From positions 1-62,864 of the IMG/VR virus record IMGVR_UViG_3300032327_001079: a stretch of DNA of 62,864 nt; one strand, 5' to 3'. Under the pieces are notes generated by a model that saw nothing but the letters and a program-made list of their open reading frames with translations, searched no databases and was not told the DNA's origin. Every line of letters starts with the position of its first letter. Position 1 is the first letter of the stretch. The position numbers and the translations under genes are program-made. Source of the DNA: a virus (lineage: Duplodnaviria; Caudoviricetes). Positions 57,092 to 62,864 of the stretch are shown piece after piece.

Positions 57092-58821
57092 TAAAAGTTT
57101 CAGATTATATATTTGACTTTTTACAATCTAAAGGAATAGACACTATATTCTCAGTATCTGGGGGAGCCGCAGCTCATTTACTTAATTCAGTTAAGGAAAA
57201 AAATTTTAAATATATTTGTAACTATCACGAACAAGCTTGTGCTATGGCAGCTGAAGGATACGCTCGTATAGCCAACAAACCAGCTTGTGTTTTAGTTACT
57301 AATGGACCTGGATCTACTAATACTCTTACAGGTGTAGTTGGAGCCTATCAAGATTCAATCCCAATGATCATAATTTCAGGACAGGTACCAGTAGATCAAT
57401 CATTAGGTAGTTTAAAAGATATTACATTAAGGCAATTAGGAGTACAAGAATGTGATATAATTAGTATGGTAAAACCAATTACTAAATATGCTATTCAAAT
57501 AACTAATCCTAATAATATAGTATCATGCCTTGAAAAAGCTTACCAAGAAGCAACTACTGGTAGAAAGGGTCCTGTTTGGTTAGATATTCCTTTAGACGTC
57601 CAGAATGCAAAAATAGACCCAAAAGAATATTTTGTAGATGACATTATAAATATTATACTCAAATCTAAAAGACCAATAATAGTAACAGGAAACGGAATTC
57701 ATTTATCCAATTCAGAAAAAGAATTTTTAGAGATAAAAGATAAATTACAAATACCTATAGTATCAACTTGGACTTCTAAAGATTTATTAAATCATAATGA
57801 TCCTTTATTTGTGGGAAATTTTGGATTATTGGGTGAAAGAGCAGGTAATTTTGCAATTCAAAATGCCGATTTATTATTAATATTAGGGAGTAGAATGTCT
57901 ATTCCTAATGTAGGATATCAACACCAATCTTTTTCTCCTAATTCTATTAAAATAATGGTTGATATAGATGAAAATGAATTAAAAAAACCAACTATTAAAA
58001 TAGATTATCCTATTAATAGAGATTTAAAATTTTTTCTATCTGTACTTAAAACAAGGCTAAAAAATCAAAACATACCTGATTGGACTAATTGGATTGACAA
58101 AACCCAATCATGGAAGAAAAAATACCCAGTATTTCAACCTGAATATAAAATAAATGATGGGAAAATAAATTCATTTTATTTTATGGAAGTATTATCTAAT
58201 AAATTAACAGATAATAATATTGTAGTAACTGATATGGGTACAAGTTATACATGTACAATGCAATCACTACAAATGAATGGTAAAGCTAGATTATTTACAT
58301 CTAGTGCTTGTTGTTCAATGGGATTTGGGTTACCTGGAGCTATTGGAGCTTACTTTGCAGATCCAAGTAAAGATATTTTATTAATAGCAGGAGATGGAGG
58401 TATACAAATGAACATTCAAGAATTACAGACAGTAATTCATAATAAAATACCTCTAAAAATATTCTTACTTAATAATAATGGTTACCTTGCTATTTCCTTA
58501 ATGCAAGATAACCTATTTAAAAGCAACTATATAGGCTCAAATCCAGATAGTGGAATTAGTAACCCTAATTTTGTTAAATTAGCTGATGCATATGGGTTTA
58601 AAACATACATCTTTAATAATAATATTGAACTAGAAAAAGGAATAGATGAAGTATTAAGTACAAAGGGACCCGTATTATGTGAAATTAAAATGATTGAAAA
58701 TCAATTATTAATTCCTCGTGTTCAATCATCTAAAGATAAAAATGGTAAAATTATATCCAATTCATTAGAAAATATGTTTCCTTATTTAAATGATGAAGAA
58801 ATGAAAGAAATTATGTTATGA
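57088..58821 (+). CDS. Thiamine-pyrophosphate-dependent enzyme (acetolactate synthase / YerE-like)
   Basis: HEQ...MAAEGY, TNGPG.TN, GPVWLDIP.DVQ, SMGFGLP, GDGG.QMNIQE...NN; start at ATGA overlap 57088. Confidence 0.9.
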   Translation: MIKVSDYIFDFLQSKGIDTIFSVSGGAAAHLLNSVKEKNFKYICNYHEQACAMAAEGYARIANKPACVLVTNGPGSTNTLTGVVGAYQDSIPMIIISGQVPVDQSLGSLKDITLRQLGVQECDIISMVKPITKYAIQITNPNNIVSCLEKAYQEATTGRKGPVWLDIPLDVQNAKIDPKEYFVDDIINIILKSKRPIIVTGNGIHLSNSEKEFLEIKDKLQIPIVSTWTSKDLLNHNDPLFVGNFGLLGERAGNFAIQNADLLLILGSRMSIPNVGYQHQSFSPNSIKIMVDIDENELKKPTIKIDYPINRDLKFFLSVLKTRLKNQNIPDWTNWIDKTQSWKKKYPVFQPEYKINDGKINSFYFMEVLSNKLTDNNIVVTDMGTSYTCTMQSLQMNGKARLFTSSACCSMGFGLPGAIGAYFADPSKDILLIAGDGGIQMNIQELQTVIHNKIPLKIFLLNNNGYLAISLMQDNLFKSNYIGSNPDSGISNPNFVKLADAYGFKTYIFNNNIELEKGIDEVLSTKGPVLCEIKMIENQLLIPRVQSSKDKNGKIISNSLENMFPYLNDEEMKEIML

Positions 58822-59582
58822 AAATTCTAATTACAGGAACTAATGGTTATATAGGTAAATCATTATATAATGCTTTAAAAGATAAGTATGAAGTAACTAC
58901 TATTACTAGACAAGACTTTGATTTAACAGCAATTCAACCAATGATTGAATTTTTTAAAGATAAATATTTTGATGTTGTTTTACATTGTGCTATAGTAGGA
59001 GGAAGTAGATTAAAAGAAGATAATTGGGAAGTAATGGATATTAATTTGTGCATGTATTATAACTTAATACAATGCCAAGCACATTATAATAAATTAATTA
59101 ATTTTGGTTCTGGGGCTGAAACATATGCATCTAGTACTCCTTATGGTTTGAGTAAATTAGTTATTAAAAACTCAATAGCCAATATACCTAATTTTTATAA
59201 TTTAAGAGTATTTGGAGTGTTTGATGAAAATGAATTAGATACTCGTTTTATAAAAGCTAATATTAAAAGATATATTAATAAAGAACCAATAATTATTTAT
59301 CAAGATAAATATATGGATTTTATTTATATGCTTGATTTAGTTAAAATAGTAGAATATTATATTAATAATAAAGGACCTAAAGAAATAAATTGTAATTATA
59401 ATAAAACTTTTACTTTAAAAGAAACAGCAAATGTAATTAATAATTTAAATAATTATAAAGTAGAAATAAAAATAGAACAAGAAAACTTTGGAGACAACTA
59501 TATAGATAATTATCTTCATCTAGAAATTGATTTTATTGGATTAAAACAAGGAATTATAGAAACTTATAAAAAACTAAAATGA
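58818..59582 (+). CDS. NAD-dependent epimerase/reductase (extended SDR)
   Basis: TGTNGYIG, GSGAE, YGLSK. Confidence 0.85.
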   Translation: MKILITGTNGYIGKSLYNALKDKYEVTTITRQDFDLTAIQPMIEFFKDKYFDVVLHCAIVGGSRLKEDNWEVMDINLCMYYNLIQCQAHYNKLINFGSGAETYASSTPYGLSKLVIKNSIANIPNFYNLRVFGVFDENELDTRFIKANIKRYINKEPIIIYQDKYMDFIYMLDLVKIVEYYINNKGPKEINCNYNKTFTLKETANVINNLNNYKVEIKIEQENFGDNYIDNYLHLEIDFIGLKQGIIETYKKLK

Positions 59583-60502
59583 ACGTAACTATCATATATC
59601 ATATAATGCCCTGGGAGATAGATTATGCTCTACTAGCATTCACCCAATTAAAAAAATCTAAATACTACATACCAGAAGAAGTAAATATCACAATTAAATC
59701 AGCTCTTAATTTATCAAATTATTTAATCGATTGGAATAAAAGTAAACTACCTAAAGAATATTTTATTGAAAAATATAAAACATTATCTATTTTACTTAAA
59801 GATTATAATCATGATAGTTTTATATATGACGGAGATGAATTATGGGGTCATCTAGATTTGCAACGAGATGCTATATCATCTGAAACCAATTACTATATTA
59901 GTACATGTCCTGACATGTATTTTAGTGAGTATTTATTAAGCTACATGATTCAAGCAGCAATGTCAATTTCTAATAAGTACTTTATATTAACACCCCAAAT
60001 CTGCAGAATGTGGGATGAAAGCTGGGAAGTATTAATTCATCCTCAATTTGCTGTTGGACCTCACTATGGATGGGAAAAAACAACAGACATATTTGATGTA
60101 GATTATTATTTACATACATCTGAAGAAGAAATAAATATAACTCCTACTGATCAGCTTAAGTGGGCGGGGTGGTTTGATTTATATAATAAAGAGTTTTATG
60201 AGGATTTAGTTCAAATTCCTAATGAATGGAAAGGATATGGAGGGTTAGATAGTTACGGATTAAACATATGTGCCTATGCAAAACACATAGGGTTAGATTT
60301 TCAACAATATCGTTTAGATGGTCAGATAATATTTGAATATTCTGTTGGTCCTTTACGAACAGATGAAGTACATGGTTTTTCTAATTATTATAAAAATCTA
60401 TTAGTTAGAAAAGATGTCTCTGAACAAAGAGAGGAATTTAATAAAAATTTACCTACATTTATAGAGAAAAAAATAAAAGAACTACATGATAGATACAAAT
60501 AG
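59579..60502 (+). CDS. Putative glycosyltransferase (GT-A-like)
   Basis: CPD.YF, GW F.L...K, GYGGLD motifs; operon context. Confidence 0.5.
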   Translation: MNVTIIYHIMPWEIDYALLAFTQLKKSKYYIPEEVNITIKSALNLSNYLIDWNKSKLPKEYFIEKYKTLSILLKDYNHDSFIYDGDELWGHLDLQRDAISSETNYYISTCPDMYFSEYLLSYMIQAAMSISNKYFILTPQICRMWDESWEVLIHPQFAVGPHYGWEKTTDIFDVDYYLHTSEEEINITPTDQLKWAGWFDLYNKEFYEDLVQIPNEWKGYGGLDSYGLNICAYAKHIGLDFQQYRLDGQIIFEYSVGPLRTDEVHGFSNYYKNLLVRKDVSEQREEFNKNLPTFIEKKIKELHDRYK

Positions 60503-61160
60503 ATTAGAAAAATATTGTGATCCCTCTAGCTCTATATTTGTGAAAACACAAAGATGGGAATTAATGAATCATTTGATTGATAAATATAAATTAATAAATT
60601 ATCTAGAAATTGGAGTTAATGATGGTCTTTGTATAAGACAAATTAATGCTGAACATAAAGATGGAGTTGATCCACATCCTGGATCTGAAGTAGGTGGGAT
60701 GTATGTTCCTGAAATTAATTATCCCGTCACATCTGATAGTTTTTTTGAATTAATAAAAGACCATGATATTAAATATGATATGATCTTTATTGATGGATTA
60801 CATCATGCTAACCAAGTAGATAAAGACATCCAAAATGCACTAAACCATATTGTTGATGGGGGTTTTATAATAATGCATGATTGTAATCCACTTGAATATC
60901 ACATGCAGTTAGTTCCAAGAGTAACAGGATTATGGAATGGTGATGTTTGGAAATCAATAGTTAAATTAAGATGTACTGAGCCTGAATTAGAAGTAATGGT
61001 TATAGATGCTGATTGGGGAGTTGGATTAATAAGAAAAGGTAAACAAAAACTATATACTAAAGCATCTTTAGAAGAATGTTTAACATGGGATTATTTTGAT
61101 ATAAACCGAAATGAACTTATTAATTTAATAACAGTAGAAGAATTTTATAAAAAAATTTAA
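60486..61160 (+). CDS. Class I SAM-dependent methyltransferase (Methyltransf_24-like)
   Basis: YLEIGV..G, GVDP, DMIFIDGLH, G.IIMHD. Confidence 0.85.
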   Translation: MIDTNRLEKYCDPSSSIFVKTQRWELMNHLIDKYKLINYLEIGVNDGLCIRQINAEHKDGVDPHPGSEVGGMYVPEINYPVTSDSFFELIKDHDIKYDMIFIDGLHHANQVDKDIQNALNHIVDGGFIIMHDCNPLEYHMQLVPRVTGLWNGDVWKSIVKLRCTEPELEVMVIDADWGVGLIRKGKQKLYTKASLEECLTWDYFDINRNELINLITVEEFYKKI

Positions 61161-62309
61161 ATGGAAAGTAAAATATCACTATTAGCAGCTTTAAAAAATA
61201 ATTTAGACTATAATAAACATTTCTATAAAACTACTAGAGCAATATATCCTGAAATAGAAATATGCTTTAGTAGTTATAGTAGTACCGATGGTACCCATGA
61301 GTGGTTAGATTCATTAAATGACCCATTTACTAAAATATTCCATTCAGATAAATATGGTAATTTTTCTGATAATTTTAATAAGGCCGCTTCAATGGCAACT
61401 AAAGAATATATTGTGTTCGTTCACAACGATATTGTATTAGCCCCTGGATTTATTGAAAATTTAGAAAAATATTGTAACCCGGATACAGTAATATCTTACA
61501 CTACAATCGAACCACCTATATTTGCTGGACACGAACGCCCAGGTAAAATTATTAAGGACTTTAGCGCTGACTTAGAAACATTTAATATAAATGGATTTTA
61601 TCAATTTGCAGCTGAAACTGTAGAAAAATATAAAGATAAAATTGAGCCGGGTGTTGTGTTCTTTATGTGTATGCCTAAAGACAAATATCTTGAAATTGGA
61701 GGTTTAGATAATTTATACAATCCAATGTTCTGTGAAGATGATGACTTAATATTAAGATGGAAATTAGCAGAATTAAATATAATTACTTCATTAGATGCTA
61801 TTACTTATCATTTTGTATCGAAAACCTCTCGTTTCTCCGAAGAATATCAACAACATACTCAACAAATAGAACTACAATCAAATCGTAATTTTATTAGAAA
61901 GTGGGGTAATAAAGATTTTAAAACAAAATATGATATAGGATATATTATTAAAAATTGTAACACTCAACTTATCCCAACATTAGAATTATTTGCCTCTACA
62001 ATTTATGTTGATTGTCCTTATCAAGATTACATTGAAGCAGAACAACCCAATACTAAGTTTGATTTAAATAAACGTATTAAAAACATAAATGAATCTAAAA
62101 CTAATCAAATATTAGTTGAATTTGATGCTACACAATTAAATCAAAATAATTTTCAACTATTACAACAATTACCTCAAATTATACTAGAATCTGAAGGATT
62201 AGGGATATTTGAATTAGACGTATTTAAAATAGACATATCCGGAATGGATCGTTTAGAAAAACATTTAATCGAAATAAATTCCCCATATTACCAATCTCAG
62301 CTTTTGTAA
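61161..62309 (+). CDS. Glycosyltransferase family 2
   Basis: STDGT, HNDIV, EPP, GGLD..Y...CEDDD...R, YHF. Confidence 0.85.
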   Translation: MESKISLLAALKNNLDYNKHFYKTTRAIYPEIEICFSSYSSTDGTHEWLDSLNDPFTKIFHSDKYGNFSDNFNKAASMATKEYIVFVHNDIVLAPGFIENLEKYCNPDTVISYTTIEPPIFAGHERPGKIIKDFSADLETFNINGFYQFAAETVEKYKDKIEPGVVFFMCMPKDKYLEIGGLDNLYNPMFCEDDDLILRWKLAELNIITSLDAITYHFVSKTSRFSEEYQQHTQQIELQSNRNFIRKWGNKDFKTKYDIGYIIKNCNTQLIPTLELFASTIYVDCPYQDYIEAEQPNTKFDLNKRIKNINESKTNQILVEFDATQLNQNNFQLLQQLPQIILESEGLGIFELDVFKIDISGMDRLEKHLIEINSPYYQSQLL

Positions 62310-62334
62310 TTATATTTATGAGAAATCTAAATAT

Positions 62335-62864
62335 ATGGCTGGTAAACGCTCTGATAAGCAACCTCAACTAAGCAGAACTATAATATTAGGAGAAATTAAT
62401 TCAGAATCAGCCAATGATATAATTCAATTAATATATGAAATTAATGATGAGGATATTGGAAAAACGCAAGTAGAGCCGATTAAACTAATAATTAATTCAT
62501 TTGGTGGGGAAATATATAGTGGATTAGCCTTAATAGATACAATTGATAATTCGCCAACTCCAATCTATACAATATGTCATGGCTCTGCAATGTCTATGGC
62601 TTTAATAGTATATGCTACTGGGCATCAACGATACGCTAGTAAAAATGCTACATTCATGTATCATGAAGCTACATATCCAATTGAAGGCAAAGTAGTACAT
62701 CATAAACAAGAATTAAAAGAAGTAGAACGTATTGATAAGATATGTGATGATTATTTACTATCTAAAACATCATTCACTCAAAAACAATTCAATGATGTTA
62801 AAAAAACACAAGGAGAATGGTATTTTGATGTAGAAATAGCACAAAAATACGGATTAGTAAACGA
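62335..62864 (+). CDS. clpP: ClpP-like protease, 3'-truncated (not in ORF track)
   Basis: MAGKRS...IINSFGG...G.AMSMA (catalytic Ser)...FMYHE (catalytic His); open to window end; ATATTTAT at 62312. Confidence 0.85.
   Translation, partial: MAGKRSDKQPQLSRTIILGEINSESANDIIQLIYEINDEDIGKTQVEPIKLIINSFGGEIYSGLALIDTIDNSPTPIYTICHGSAMSMALIVYATGHQRYASKNATFMYHEATYPIEGKVVHHKQELKEVERIDKICDDYLLSKTSFTQKQFNDVKKTQGEWYFDVEIAQKYGLVN

Noticed and set aside
57088-58821. Acetolactate synthase as a branched-chain amino acid auxiliary gene
   Set aside because: No regulatory subunit or ilvC/ilvD; embedded among sugar-nucleotide enzymes, which favours a YerE-like role
47830-62309. Host chromosomal O-antigen locus (prophage boundary or chimera)
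   Set aside because: Same strand, gene packing and ATATTTAT boxes as the flanking phage genes; lacks wzx/wzy/wzz

Overview
62.9 kb, AT-rich, gene-dense fragment of a large contractile-tailed (myovirus-type, T4-like replisome) bacteriophage. Essentially all genes are on the + strand and use the standard code. Host is probably Bacteroidota, inferred from TTTG-N19/20-TAnnTT(T/C)A promoters and the lack of Shine-Dalgarno sites. Order: fibre/lectin-like virion genes (1-8.4 kb); tail sheath, HNH, tube, chaperone (probable programmed frameshift), tape measure and baseplate with M15 peptidase (8.5-21.5 kb); compact PolA-like gene, gp32, UvsX, RNase H, helicase and class II RNR (21.5-29.6 kb); a 7-deazaguanine DNA-modification cluster (queD, dpdA/TGT-like, queC, queE, folE, plus a purine PRTase; 30-37 kb); PolB, clamp, Hsp20-GroES-GroEL, clamp loader, GIY-YIG, PD-(D/E)XK nuclease (37-47.6 kb); a ~14.7 kb glycan-biosynthesis operon (47.6-62.3 kb); and a partial clpP. 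Best candidates for undescribed biology: (i) a phage-encoded pathway for a branched 3,6-dideoxy (yersiniose-like) sugar plus about 7 glycosyltransferases, together with a [S/T]-G-S motif concentrated in virion proteins (candidate virion glycosylation system); (ii) a deazaguanine cluster with a Zn-ligand-free QueC, a CX3CX35C QueE and a linked PRTase; (iii) a +1/-2 frameshift at T7 upstream of the tape measure gene; (iv) a 12-bp inverted repeat bracketing hsp20. All calls come from motif recognition by eye; no searches were run.
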